From IMG/VR virus record IMGVR_UViG_3300050821_002963, positions 32,001 to 96,000 of that record: a stretch of 64,000 nt of DNA; one strand, written 5' to 3'. Position numbers and translations under genes: made by a program. Below are positions 16,889 through 26,271 of the stretch, one piece after another; the stretch's first letter is position 1; each line of letters begins with the position of its first letter. A model generated the notes under the pieces. It did not search any database. It saw only the letters and a list, made by a program, of their open reading frames with translations, and was not told the origin of the DNA. This DNA is from a virus.

Positions 16889-16930
16889 GCCCTACGGGAG
16901 GAGTTAAAGCAACAAACAAGGAAGAACGAA

Positions 16931-17155
16931 ATGGCGAGAGGTTCATTGTTTCAATATGCGGTGCTGTACCATCCTAGAGAGAAGAAGGATGCAGCTGGTA
17001 ATCCAACAGAAACAAAGAAGTCAATTCTGGTGACGCCAGTAACGAATATCCTGGCTACGTCGGACAAGGAAGTTGGTATTCTAGCGGCGCGGTCTTTGCC
17101 GGAAGAGTATCTGGACAAGCTGGACGATGTGGAGATTATCGTCAAGCCTTTTTAG
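16931..17155 (+). CDS. small hypothetical phage protein
   Basis: 74 aa, good SD, compact beta-rich pattern. Confidence 0.6.
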   Translation: MARGSLFQYAVLYHPREKKDAAGNPTETKKSILVTPVTNILATSDKEVGILAARSLPEEYLDKLDDVEIIVKPF

Positions 17156-17454
17156 TGGCCCTTCCGGTCGGGCAAAAGAAAGAGGCTGGTAAAACAAAAG
17201 CAGCGAATGATGATTTGAAACAGCAGTTAGAAGACATGAAAGAAGCGTGGGAGTCAATGCCGAAGTTCTACGAGAAGCGAAAGGTCGAGAGACGGTTGCT
17301 TGGTGGTCTGGAGTTTTGGGGAGGATTGCAGGCGCCTGGCAGCTACTATGTTGGAGACATCTCCAATGCTGGTGGCAGTGGATTATCTTACACGGTGTCC
17401 AGTTCGGACAGTCCGTCTTACAGCGTGATAGCCTCACAAGCTCTGAAAGGATAA
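17155..17454 (+). CDS. hypothetical protein
   Basis: ORF track; exactly fills the gap. Confidence 0.45.
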   Translation: MALPVGQKKEAGKTKAANDDLKQQLEDMKEAWESMPKFYEKRKVERRLLGGLEFWGGLQAPGSYYVGDISNAGGSGLSYTVSSSDSPSYSVIASQALKG

Positions 17455-20250
17455 ATGAAGGCTCTATTCACGGCTGATACTCAGGCGGACTTCGAGAACC
17501 TGGAACTCTGTCGTAGGACAGTAGAAGAGATTCTACGTCTAAGGGACCGGCACGGGTTTCAGGTTCTCGTTCATTGCGGAGATTTAAAGCACGTTTACAA
17601 TCCAATTGACACGAGAGTCATTACGTTTTGGATGCGGGCAATAGAAAAGTTCAGAGAAGCTGGGTTGCGGGTTGTAATCTGTTTGGGAAATCACGATAGG
17701 GTGGGAATGCATGTCGATAAACAAAACTGGTTTCCAGTTCTTAGACGGGCAGGGGCTGATTGCTTTGATGACCCCCATCTTTTGGAATTGGGAGAGGGGG
17801 GTAGACTTGCAATTCTCCCTTACAGAAGAGATTCAGTCTTGCTTAGAAGGGAGGCATCTGACCTTGCAAAACTTGCCAAAGCTGGTAACACGGTGCTCGT
17901 CTTTCACGGCGACATTAAATCAGGACGCTATAACGTCCTATCAAGAAGTGAATCGGAGTTGGTGGCTAGTGATTTATGTCCAGAAAAGTACGTGTACTGT
18001 ATCGGTGGTCACGTACACTTCCAACAAAAAATTGTGGGAAACGTTTTCTACGTGGGTTCTCCCTTTGCAACGGATTGGGGAGAGGCCAATCAACATAAGG
18101 GATATCTCCTATACGATTTCGAACTGAAGAAGTTGAGTCGGGTTAGATCAGAGATTCCTGGTTGGTACGACCCTAGTTGGCCAGGTTTTATGGAATCGAA
18201 ACCAAAGAGTTGGAAAGGGACGCATGTTAGAATCAAAGTCAAGTGTGATGGGATACAGAACGTCAGAGAGAAACTTGCAGCAGCAGAACGTGAAGCGAGT
18301 GTTAAGTATGCTGGTGCAAAGCTTTTCGTCATTCCAGAGTTCACTAACGGAAGCCACGAAGGCCTTGGAAGAATTAAAGCGAGTTTTCCCGACGAAAAGA
18401 AAATACAAGTCTACCTGCAAGAGACGCTCCCAACTGAACTGAAGAAACACGAACAAAGAATAAAGACCTATTTACTTTCCAAGTTGGCTGCGGTTGGTGG
18501 GTTGCAGAGAGAACAGGGAGAGTTGCATTTTTGTTCTTGGAAGGCCAAGAACTTCCTCAGCTACAAGGAGTTGGAGTTCAGAATAGAAGATGGATTGTAC
18601 GTAGTTTCCGGTAAGAACATGGATTGGAAGAACAAATCCAATGGTTCCGGCAAGACAAGTTTTCTCCAGCCCTTGGCGGTAGCTGCTTTTGGTCAGACAT
18701 TCAAAGACCAGAAACATGATGGTTGGATGAGAAGCGGTACGGGTAAGACGGATGAGTCTTGGGTGAAGTTGTGGTTCTTGGACTCAGAGGGACGCGGGTG
18801 TCAGATATGGCGTGGAAGGCAGCCAAAGATTCTGCGGTTGAAAGTGAACAAGGAAATTATAGAAAGCGGCAACAGACCGGAATCCACACAGAAGCTGATT
18901 GAGCAGAGGATGGGATATACTTGGGAGACACTTTCCAACGCTATCTACGTAGACCAGTCGGCTTCGCATCTCATGTTGACGGGAACGGAAGCACAGAGGA
19001 AAGGATTCTTGGCTAAGCTCCAGAATCTGGAAAGATTCGAGCGGGCGGAGAAGCTCATCAAAGAAGAGAAAAACGATTTAGAGGCTCGATATAATGCGTT
19101 GGACTACGAGCTACAGAGGGTTTTGGGGGAAGAAAAGGAGCTCTACCGTACTATCACCGATGCCAAAGCGGTTCTGGGTGTAAACGCGTCTAAAGCCGAT
19201 TTACTCGCCTCTGCAAAAGAGTCGTATTTGACTAAGAAGGCTGAGCTGGATGATTGGGAAGCAAAAGCGGTAAAGAAGACAGAAGAACAGGATTCGAGGC
19301 TGACAAGACTGAGAGAGATTGAGAAGGATTACGAGGTTAAGTTAGCAAAGGTCCAGCTTAGAAGAAGCGATTTGGCGACACGCTTGGAGAGCTTAAAGAA
19401 CCTTAGTGGGGAGTGTCCGACCTGCCTACAAGACGTACCAGCTTATTTAGTGGCTGAAAGTTTGTTAGAGGTCAAACTAGCAATTAAGAATTTGGACGAG
19501 CAGCTAGCTAGCTGGGCTACTTTTCCTCAGCAGGTGGATAAGAAGTTTGCTGAAATAAACAAAGAGGCTGGCAAGTGGGTCAGGAATCAAAAGCTGGCAG
19601 CGATGGTTTCGGATTTGAGAGATGTCTGGCAGGAGTTGAAAGCGGAAGCAAAGGCTCAAGAACAGCAGGTGGAGTTGATTGAGAGGTTGAAGAAGCGTCG
19701 TGAGAAGATGATTAATCATATCTGTGGGTTGGAAGATAAGAAGAAGAAATTCGACAAATGGTTCACGGTAGTCAAGTATGCACAGACAGTTTTCCAAAGA
19801 GATGGATTGCCAGCTTATCTCAATGCTCATGTCTGCCCAGAGTTGAATCAGTCAGCGGCAGAATACTCAGAACTGTTTGCTCAGGGTGAGATTCAAGTTA
19901 GGTTTGAGGTGGACCAGGAAGGTAGCATGGACGTTGTGGTGGTCAATGCCCATGGCGGAGACAAGATAGAGGACCAGTCGGAAGGAGAGAAGAAGCTGGC
20001 TTCTCTGATTACTTCCTTCGCAGTACGGTCGATAGCACCGAAGACGAACCTATTGATATTGGATGAGCCGGGAGATGGACTGGACGCTATCTCGGCCAAG
20101 GCCTTTGCCAAAGGATTGCGAGAAGTGGCTGGTAGATTCTGTACAATAATAGTGGTATCTCATAACGAGCACATCCTTTCGGTCTTGTCAGGAGAGCAGC
20201 AAGTTTCCATTATTAAGGAAAACAAAGTGAGTAGGGTGGTGTCAACATGA
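17455..20250 (+). CDS. fused SbcD/Mre11 nuclease - SbcC/Rad50 ATPase
   Basis: TADTQ, CGDLKH, GNHD, GHVH phosphoesterase motifs, then NFLSY, NGSGKTS, coiled coil with CPTC hook, SEGEKK signature, LILDEP, VVSH, all in one 931-aa frame. Confidence 0.93.
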   Translation: MKALFTADTQADFENLELCRRTVEEILRLRDRHGFQVLVHCGDLKHVYNPIDTRVITFWMRAIEKFREAGLRVVICLGNHDRVGMHVDKQNWFPVLRRAGADCFDDPHLLELGEGGRLAILPYRRDSVLLRREASDLAKLAKAGNTVLVFHGDIKSGRYNVLSRSESELVASDLCPEKYVYCIGGHVHFQQKIVGNVFYVGSPFATDWGEANQHKGYLLYDFELKKLSRVRSEIPGWYDPSWPGFMESKPKSWKGTHVRIKVKCDGIQNVREKLAAAEREASVKYAGAKLFVIPEFTNGSHEGLGRIKASFPDEKKIQVYLQETLPTELKKHEQRIKTYLLSKLAAVGGLQREQGELHFCSWKAKNFLSYKELEFRIEDGLYVVSGKNMDWKNKSNGSGKTSFLQPLAVAAFGQTFKDQKHDGWMRSGTGKTDESWVKLWFLDSEGRGCQIWRGRQPKILRLKVNKEIIESGNRPESTQKLIEQRMGYTWETLSNAIYVDQSASHLMLTGTEAQRKGFLAKLQNLERFERAEKLIKEEKNDLEARYNALDYELQRVLGEEKELYRTITDAKAVLGVNASKADLLASAKESYLTKKAELDDWEAKAVKKTEEQDSRLTRLREIEKDYEVKLAKVQLRRSDLATRLESLKNLSGECPTCLQDVPAYLVAESLLEVKLAIKNLDEQLASWATFPQQVDKKFAEINKEAGKWVRNQKLAAMVSDLRDVWQELKAEAKAQEQQVELIERLKKRREKMINHICGLEDKKKKFDKWFTVVKYAQTVFQRDGLPAYLNAHVCPELNQSAAEYSELFAQGEIQVRFEVDQEGSMDVVVVNAHGGDKIEDQSEGEKKLASLITSFAVRSIAPKTNLLILDEPGDGLDAISAKAFAKGLREVAGRFCTIIVVSHNEHILSVLSGEQQVSIIKENKVSRVVST

Positions 20251-20678
20251 AAAAGGAAATCAACGACTTCTCTGGAGAGAACAAGTTTCTCTCCAATTTC
20301 TATCTGCATCCGCTGGCCTACGATGGCCTGATCTACCCAGCAGTAGAGAATGCTTTTCAGGCGCAGAAGACAATGGATGCAGATATCAGACTAACTTTTC
20401 GCGGCATGAAACCGGAAAGGGCAAAGCAACGTGGTCGTCAGTTGGACCTAAGACCAGATTGGGAGTTTCTAAAAGACGACTTGATGCTGGAACTCCTGCA
20501 AATCAAATTCAGGGATGGAGAGTTGGCTAGAAAACTCTTGGCTACTGGTAATGCCAATTTGGTAGAAGGAAATTGGTGGGGAGACGAATATTGGGGAAGA
20601 TGTAACGGCAAAGGCTTGAACAAGCTGGGCGTTTTGCTCATGCAAGTTCGGAGTGCACTAAATCAAAAAGGAGAATGA
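20247..20678 (+). CDS. NADAR (YbiA-like) family hydrolase
   Basis: FLSNFY, VENAFQAQK, RPDWE, KF...LLATG...LVEGNWWGDEYWG...GLNKLGVLLMQVR. Confidence 0.92.
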   Translation: MKKEINDFSGENKFLSNFYLHPLAYDGLIYPAVENAFQAQKTMDADIRLTFRGMKPERAKQRGRQLDLRPDWEFLKDDLMLELLQIKFRDGELARKLLATGNANLVEGNWWGDEYWGRCNGKGLNKLGVLLMQVRSALNQKGE

Positions 20679-20681
20679 ACT

Positions 20682-21605
20682 ATGGGCGGTGGAAGATGGG
20701 ATACAGGAAGTTACACCAGGTCAGCTTCGGCTAGGGCTGCCTGTGGTAAAAAAGACTTCGAGTATACGGAGTCGGAGGAAGCCAAGACAAAGGTCCACAG
20801 TAATTTGGACCCAAGACGAATCAACAAGAAACCATTCCAGAAATTGGAAAGTCGGGACAGCGATGAGCATCCGAATTCAAATGCTATCTTTATGTCCTTC
20901 GATGTGACCGGTTCAAATCTGCAAAATGCTCAGGTGGCTCAGAAGAAGCTGCCAAACCTGATGGAGATGCTGATCAGATACATCGACGACCCGCAAGTGT
21001 TGATTGCAGCTAACGACGACGATGAATATGTTGGAGAGAGGGCTCTCCAGATTTCGGACTTCGAGTCGGATAACAGAGTGGATGAGCATTTGAGAAATAT
21101 CATTCTGTTGGGCCAGGGCGGTGGCAACGATCACGAGTCCTACGACTTGGTTCTGTATGCGGCTGCTTACAGGACGGAGATAGACTGCTTCGAGAAGCGA
21201 GGAAAGAAGGGCTATTTCTTCATGTACGCGGACGAACCAGTCCCAACACATTTGGAAGCCTCCGCTGTGAAGATGGCTTTCGGTGGACAGGCGGATGAAG
21301 GTCGGGTGGCAATTACTAAGGTGATTGCAGACCTGAAGAAGATGTATAACGTGTTCATCATTTGGCCACAGAATGGCTACAAGCATGCTCGGAAGCAATA
21401 CGAGACTCTGTTTGGCAAAGAGTGCGTGGTTACTCTCCAGCATCCGAATCTCATCTGTGAACTGGTTGGTTCATTGGTGGGAATAATGGAAGAGAAAATA
21501 TCTGAGAAGGATGTAGTCCATGAGCTAGTAAAGTTCTGGGCTACTCCAGCGGCGGCTGCAGAAGTAAAGACGGCGGTCCATGGTTACTTGGTAGCGAGAG
21601 GCTAA
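20682..21605 (+). CDS. vWA-domain protein
   Basis: FDVTGS MIDAS-like motif, LQISDFESD, GQGGGNDHESY, FMYADE. Confidence 0.8.
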   Translation: MGGGRWDTGSYTRSASARAACGKKDFEYTESEEAKTKVHSNLDPRRINKKPFQKLESRDSDEHPNSNAIFMSFDVTGSNLQNAQVAQKKLPNLMEMLIRYIDDPQVLIAANDDDEYVGERALQISDFESDNRVDEHLRNIILLGQGGGNDHESYDLVLYAAAYRTEIDCFEKRGKKGYFFMYADEPVPTHLEASAVKMAFGGQADEGRVAITKVIADLKKMYNVFIIWPQNGYKHARKQYETLFGKECVVTLQHPNLICELVGSLVGIMEEKISEKDVVHELVKFWATPAAAAEVKTAVHGYLVARG

Positions 21606-21606
21606 G

Positions 21607-22845
21607 ATGGACAAGGCATTTGCTGTTGTTGGCTTGTGTTATGGGGATGAGGGGAAGGGTTCCATTGTCGATTACCTGACGTGGAAGCATAACCAACAGC
21701 ACTCTGCCTTGGTAGTGAGATTCAATGGTGGCGCTCAGACAGCGCATAACGTGGTTCTCCCCGATGGGCGCCATCATACTTTTTCCCAATTCGGTAGTGG
21801 TTCACTACAAGGTGCGGCCACATTATTGACAAAGCATGTGATTGTAAATCCACGGGCGATGATTCGGGAGTGGATGGAGTTGAAAGACAAGATTGGACCA
21901 GATGCTTATCCTATGCCGTACGTGGATATGGGCTGTCTTCTTACGACACATTTCCAGATAGCTTTGAACAGGGTGCAGATAAGAGTGGCTGGTGGCCATA
22001 ATAGTTGTGGTATGGGTATTGGACAGACGCGTCAGGACAATTTGGAATATGGAGATAAGGTTTTGTTCGTGAACGATTTGTTTACGGAGGAGCGGACAAA
22101 GAAGAAGCTGAGGTTTCTGCAGGAAGCGTGTAGAGGAGAAGCTCTGGCGAGATTGAACAGTGGGACAGTCCCAGAAGAGTTTTCGGTTTTGGATGTTGAT
22201 GACGATGAGCTGAATGAGATGGTCTGGATGTTGAGGAAATGGTTTCGCCATCAAATTTATCCTGTTAGAGACGGGATGATTAAGAAGCTATTGGACCAGA
22301 CAAGTTTGGTCATCTTCGAGGGAGCTCAGGGGCTGATGCTGGATGAGACTTATGGAGAGACTGGATACAATACCTGGACAAATACTACGCTTGAGAATAT
22401 GTATAATGTCTTTAGAAATTGCGGCTACCCGGATAACGGCGGAATTAGAATAGGTGTGATGCGGTCTTACATGACGAGACATGGAGATGGCCCTTTGTTC
22501 GGTGAGAAAAATTGGACCTTTGAAGAGCCCTACAATCCTGATTGGGGCTTTGCTGGGAAGTTTAGACATGGGGTGCTTGACCTACAAAAGATTTTGGCCT
22601 TCCTAAAGATATGTCCAGTGGATGGTTTGGCAGTGAATCACTTGGACCATACGTACGAAGCTCATCCAGTTCGGTTGGTGGATGGAGAAGTGACTTGCGT
22701 CTCAAAGATGGATTTTATTGACGTTATAGAAAGAGAGCTTGGTTTGCCGGTAGTGATAGTCGGAGTTGGTTCTACGTACAAAGATAAGAGTGACGGGTTT
22801 CACAAGTTGACAAGGAAAAAAGGAGAGATGTTATGCGAAAAGTAA
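21607..22845 (+). CDS. purA: divergent adenylosuccinate synthetase-like protein
   Basis: YGDEGKGSIVD, RFNGGAQTAHNV, SCGMGIG, FEGAQGLMLD, TRHGDGP; catalytic Asp retained. Confidence 0.85.
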   Translation: MDKAFAVVGLCYGDEGKGSIVDYLTWKHNQQHSALVVRFNGGAQTAHNVVLPDGRHHTFSQFGSGSLQGAATLLTKHVIVNPRAMIREWMELKDKIGPDAYPMPYVDMGCLLTTHFQIALNRVQIRVAGGHNSCGMGIGQTRQDNLEYGDKVLFVNDLFTEERTKKKLRFLQEACRGEALARLNSGTVPEEFSVLDVDDDELNEMVWMLRKWFRHQIYPVRDGMIKKLLDQTSLVIFEGAQGLMLDETYGETGYNTWTNTTLENMYNVFRNCGYPDNGGIRIGVMRSYMTRHGDGPLFGEKNWTFEEPYNPDWGFAGKFRHGVLDLQKILAFLKICPVDGLAVNHLDHTYEAHPVRLVDGEVTCVSKMDFIDVIERELGLPVVIVGVGSTYKDKSDGFHKLTRKKGEMLCEK

Positions 22846-24065
22846 TTTTCGGGCTGATAACGTTGCTGCTCTACTTTGCAGCATCGGCTTTGGGACAGGA
22901 TTGCGACAAGGTGGTGGCGGATTACAATGGGGCTTTGCACGGCAGAGATGCTCAGGTGGAACAAGCTGCTCAGGCTTTGATAAATGAGGGAGCAGACGTT
23001 CGTATTCGGGTAGTTGGCATCACGGCAAATCTGGATATGGACGAGAAACAGTTTCAGAAGAGCTGTCCTTCCTGGCAGTCAACGGATGGTGGGATGAAGA
23101 ACACCATGATTGTCTTGATGGCTTCTCCAGTTAGCCGGAAGATGGGAATGTACTATGGCAGTAATTGGCATAATGCTTTGGACCAACATTGGGTTAGGAT
23201 TAAGCAAGAGAGTATGGCCCCAAGATTCAGAGATGGAGACTTCGCTGACGGATTCATAGCGGCTGAGAATCAGCTTGCAGCTCGGTTGAAAGAATCAAAG
23301 AGCGAGGCCTTGCATCCTAATCAGACGGTGAATCAAGCTACAGACTTGAGTGGGCTGTGGACAGTCATGAAATGGGGACTTGGAGTTGCAGGGTTGTCAG
23401 CTCTAGTTGTTTTCCTATTTTGGTTTTTTGGTCGGAAGAGAAGAGAGGAAGAAGCTATCAGCCAAGCTCAACAATCAGGAGCAATGTATAAGGCGCGTGT
23501 CAGTGCACTGATTAACGATGCAAGGGACAACAAAGAACAATGGGTTGATAACTGGACGGAAAGATTCTCCGAGATGAGTCAATCGGAGAAACTAAACCCA
23601 GATACGCCCGGACTGTCCAAGGCTGAATACGAAACCATTGCTGAGCAGTGGAAGGATTTCTACGAAGCAGTTTACAATCTCCGGCTTGGAAGTAGTATGG
23701 CGTCGGCAGATAGAGAGACTTCCTCATTTCCACCCAAAGTTAAAAAGCAACACAGCAAACACGTGGCTACGGAAAGAGAAGCGGCAGCTTCAATAGGTGC
23801 AGCTTCGTCTGTGGCTTCCGGTAATTCTATATTTGCTCCTGTGATTATCAACGAGTCGACATACGGAGAGAGGCACGAAGAGGAAAGACATTCTCGTAGA
23901 AGGGACGATGATGACGAAGGGAGCTCAAGCAGTTCTTCTAGTAGTAGCTCAAGTAGCAGTGATTCTGGCGGCTCTTCGGACTTTGGCTCCAGCGACTCAG
24001 GTAGCGGTGGTAGCAGCGATTTTGGTAGCAGTGATTCTGGTAGTGGTGGTAGTTCAGATTTCTAA
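22833..24065 (+). CDS. TPM-domain membrane protein with Ser/Gly-rich tail
   Basis: signal peptide, MAPRFRDGDFADGF TPM signature, TM helix, GGSSDF-repeat C-terminus. Confidence 0.82.
   Translation: MRKVIFGLITLLLYFAASALGQDCDKVVADYNGALHGRDAQVEQAAQALINEGADVRIRVVGITANLDMDEKQFQKSCPSWQSTDGGMKNTMIVLMASPVSRKMGMYYGSNWHNALDQHWVRIKQESMAPRFRDGDFADGFIAAENQLAARLKESKSEALHPNQTVNQATDLSGLWTVMKWGLGVAGLSALVVFLFWFFGRKRREEEAISQAQQSGAMYKARVSALINDARDNKEQWVDNWTERFSEMSQSEKLNPDTPGLSKAEYETIAEQWKDFYEAVYNLRLGSSMASADRETSSFPPKVKKQHSKHVATEREAAASIGAASSVASGNSIFAPVIINESTYGERHEEERHSRRRDDDDEGSSSSSSSSSSSSSDSGGSSDFGSSDSGSGGSSDFGSSDSGSGGSSDF
23920..24062 (+). repeat. Ser/Gly low-complexity coding repeat (three GGSSDF units)
   Basis: SSSS..DSGGSSDFGSSDSGSGGSSDFGSSDSGSGGSSDF with synonymously diverged codons. 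Confidence 0.8.
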
Positions 24066-24082
24066 ATTAAGGGAGAAATAAA

Positions 24083-24769
24083 ATGACTACGTTAATGCAA
24101 AAGCTAAGAGTGGTAACGCTGGGTGCGGCACATGATCTACTGGACAAGGCCATCGACCTGGACTCGCCATCAGCAATTAGGCAATATGTGCGAGACTTGG
24201 AAGAGGCTTTGGATAGGATGCGGAATGAGGCGGCCGTGCAAGCGGGTGGTATCAGGACTCTGGAAAGAGAGATTGGAGACCTACAGTCAAAGATCGAGAC
24301 TGGCAAGCAGACAATCATCAAGCTGAGAGAGGGAGGCCATGATGACTTGGCCAGACCAAAGGCGGCTATGGTGGTCACGCAGCAGAGGACACTAGAGTCG
24401 GACCAGAACAATCTGACAGGGATGAAAAATGGTTTGGCGAGTCTGGATGCTGCTATCACTCAGGTGGACTCAAAGCATCAGGACATGGTGGCTCGGGTTC
24501 GTGAATTGGAGAGAATGGACCGGGACACCAAAGCCAAGGAACAGACGGCTTCTGCACTCCATGCTGCTGGAAGATTAGTTTCCGGTGGGGCTGATATGAG
24601 CGTGGACGACGTCCAAAAGCGGATGCAAGAGCGCAATGACGTCGCTACAGAGAAGTTCAACAGGGCTATGGGCTCTGTACAGACCACGGAAGATCCAGAC
24701 ACTACAGCAGCTGTGGATGACCTGCTAGACAGTTTGGCACCAAAAGCCAAGACAGCTTCCAATGTCTAA
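24083..24769 (+). CDS. pspA: PspA/IM30 (Vipp1/ESCRT-III-like) protein
   Basis: 228-aa coiled coil, LLDKAIDLDSPSAIRQYVRDLE, G.DDLAR pattern. Confidence 0.82.
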   Translation: MTTLMQKLRVVTLGAAHDLLDKAIDLDSPSAIRQYVRDLEEALDRMRNEAAVQAGGIRTLEREIGDLQSKIETGKQTIIKLREGGHDDLARPKAAMVVTQQRTLESDQNNLTGMKNGLASLDAAITQVDSKHQDMVARVRELERMDRDTKAKEQTASALHAAGRLVSGGADMSVDDVQKRMQERNDVATEKFNRAMGSVQTTEDPDTTAAVDDLLDSLAPKAKTASNV

Positions 24770-25088
24770 GTTGGAAGACATTCGTCGGATACCTTTACCG
24801 GAAGGTGCCGAGCGAGTAGAGACTGGGCCAATCAGATTCGGGGACGATTGGCCCGGTACATTCATTCGTGGCGACGACAGTTTCTTCCATCGCTATAATG
24901 TCGCCAGGGCAATCGAGTGGTTGAAAGCCAAAGAACATACGGATTCAAGCATGGACCTGTTTCTAGCCAGGAAAGGCTTGGAAGGTTTGGCAGAGATATT
25001 GGACGCTAGTAATCTCTATGAAAAGGTGCGCGGATATAAATGGACGAACACTTCTCAAAGTACGGCTTCCAAAGAGACGAAGACCTAA
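24762..25088 (+). CDS. hypothetical phage protein
   Basis: RVETGPIRFGDDWPGTFIRGD; ORF track. Confidence 0.6.
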   Translation: MSKLEDIRRIPLPEGAERVETGPIRFGDDWPGTFIRGDDSFFHRYNVARAIEWLKAKEHTDSSMDLFLARKGLEGLAEILDASNLYEKVRGYKWTNTSQSTASKETKT

Positions 25089-25825
25089 TCATGAAGTTCA
25101 TCGGCGGCTCTCAGTTGCATGGTGCAAAGCTGGAGGGTACGGATGATGAAGATTGGTACGGAGTTTATATTGAGCCGAGAGAACTGGCATTGGGCATAGA
25201 CTCGGAAGAGCATTTCGTCTTTACGACAGGTGGTCAGCGTGGCGGTAACGGTCCGGAAGATGTGGACGTTTGTCTCTACACACTGAGGAAGACAGCCAAG
25301 TTAATTGCCAAGGGTAATCCCTCAGTTCTACATTTCCTCTTTGCCAAGCCAGAGTTTCAGACGGTAGTTTGGGCAAAGTTTAATCAGAACAGAGAAGCCT
25401 TCCTGGCTAAGAATCAGGTGAACCAGTTTTTTGGGTTTGCTGAAGCTCAGCTTAGAAGATTGTACAATCAACAGGGACAAAAGAATGTGCATCGTGGTGA
25501 GCTGGAGGAAGCCCATGGTTACGATACGAAATACGCGATGCATGTGGTGCGCCTTTACGGAGAAGCTTTGGAATTTCTAAGGACGGGCGTAATCACCTTG
25601 CCCAGACCAAACAAGGATGAGTTGATTGCTATAAGACAGGGCAAGTGGAAGTTGCCGGAGTTTCAGAAGTATGCAGAGGAACTGAAAAGACAAGCTGAAG
25701 AAGAGAAAGATAAATCTCCGCTCCCGGATAGAGTGGACAGAAAGGAGATATCGAGGCTGGTTGCCCAAGCGTATGAGATGCATTGGGAGCAGGCCAAGTA
25801 CAGGAAGGTGGCAGCTATGAACTAA
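25040..25825 (+). CDS. Pol-beta superfamily nucleotidyltransferase (YcgL/T4 NrdC.11-like)
   Basis: GGSQLHG...TDDEDWYGVY, KGNPS, GYDTKYAMHVVRL, LIAIRQG. Confidence 0.85.
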   Translation: MDEHFSKYGFQRDEDLIMKFIGGSQLHGAKLEGTDDEDWYGVYIEPRELALGIDSEEHFVFTTGGQRGGNGPEDVDVCLYTLRKTAKLIAKGNPSVLHFLFAKPEFQTVVWAKFNQNREAFLAKNQVNQFFGFAEAQLRRLYNQQGQKNVHRGELEEAHGYDTKYAMHVVRLYGEALEFLRTGVITLPRPNKDELIAIRQGKWKLPEFQKYAEELKRQAEEEKDKSPLPDRVDRKEISRLVAQAYEMHWEQAKYRKVAAMN

Positions 25826-25863
25826 GGGCGAAATTAAAATACGGGAAGCATTGAGGGCAAGCC

Positions 25864-26271
25864 ATGAACGTCGTCGTGGTTGGTTCAAGAGATCGGAAGG
25901 ATTCTGAGAAGGACAAAGAGACAGTGGAAGAGTTAGTCCAGCAGCTAGTCAAGCAGCATGGCACAAGACTTCACATAGTCTCAGTTGGATGCGACAAGGG
26001 AGTTGGAAGATACGTAAGGGATTATTGCATGGCTAAAGATATCATCTTCGTAGAGAGTCGTATGAAGTTGGAAGGAAAGGCTGGGGCTATTCCAAGGTCT
26101 TTTTTCATTCAGGTGTTTCAGGCACGGAATCCTTCCTTGTTGGAGCTGGGTGATGAGTTCTTTATTTTCAAAGGCCCGTACGATAGTGGCATTGTAGAAG
26201 CACTGGCTCCGCAGGCTGTAAAGAAAGTTGGGCTGACGAGAGTCAAGACGTATGAGTGGGAGGACGTGTGA
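25864..26271 (+). CDS. SLOG-superfamily (YspA-like) protein
   Basis: VVVVGSRD, IVSVGCDKGV, ARN motifs. Confidence 0.65.
   Translation: MNVVVVGSRDRKDSEKDKETVEELVQQLVKQHGTRLHIVSVGCDKGVGRYVRDYCMAKDIIFVESRMKLEGKAGAIPRSFFIQVFQARNPSLLELGDEFFIFKGPYDSGIVEALAPQAVKKVGLTRVKTYEWEDV

Noticed and set aside
21607-22845. PurZ / 2-aminoadenine (Z) genome, suggested by a PurA homologue plus an HD hydrolase beside a Pol A
   Set aside because: The motif is GDEGKG with the PurA Asp, not the Ser of PurZ, and the gene sits with vWA and NADAR rather than with the polymerase
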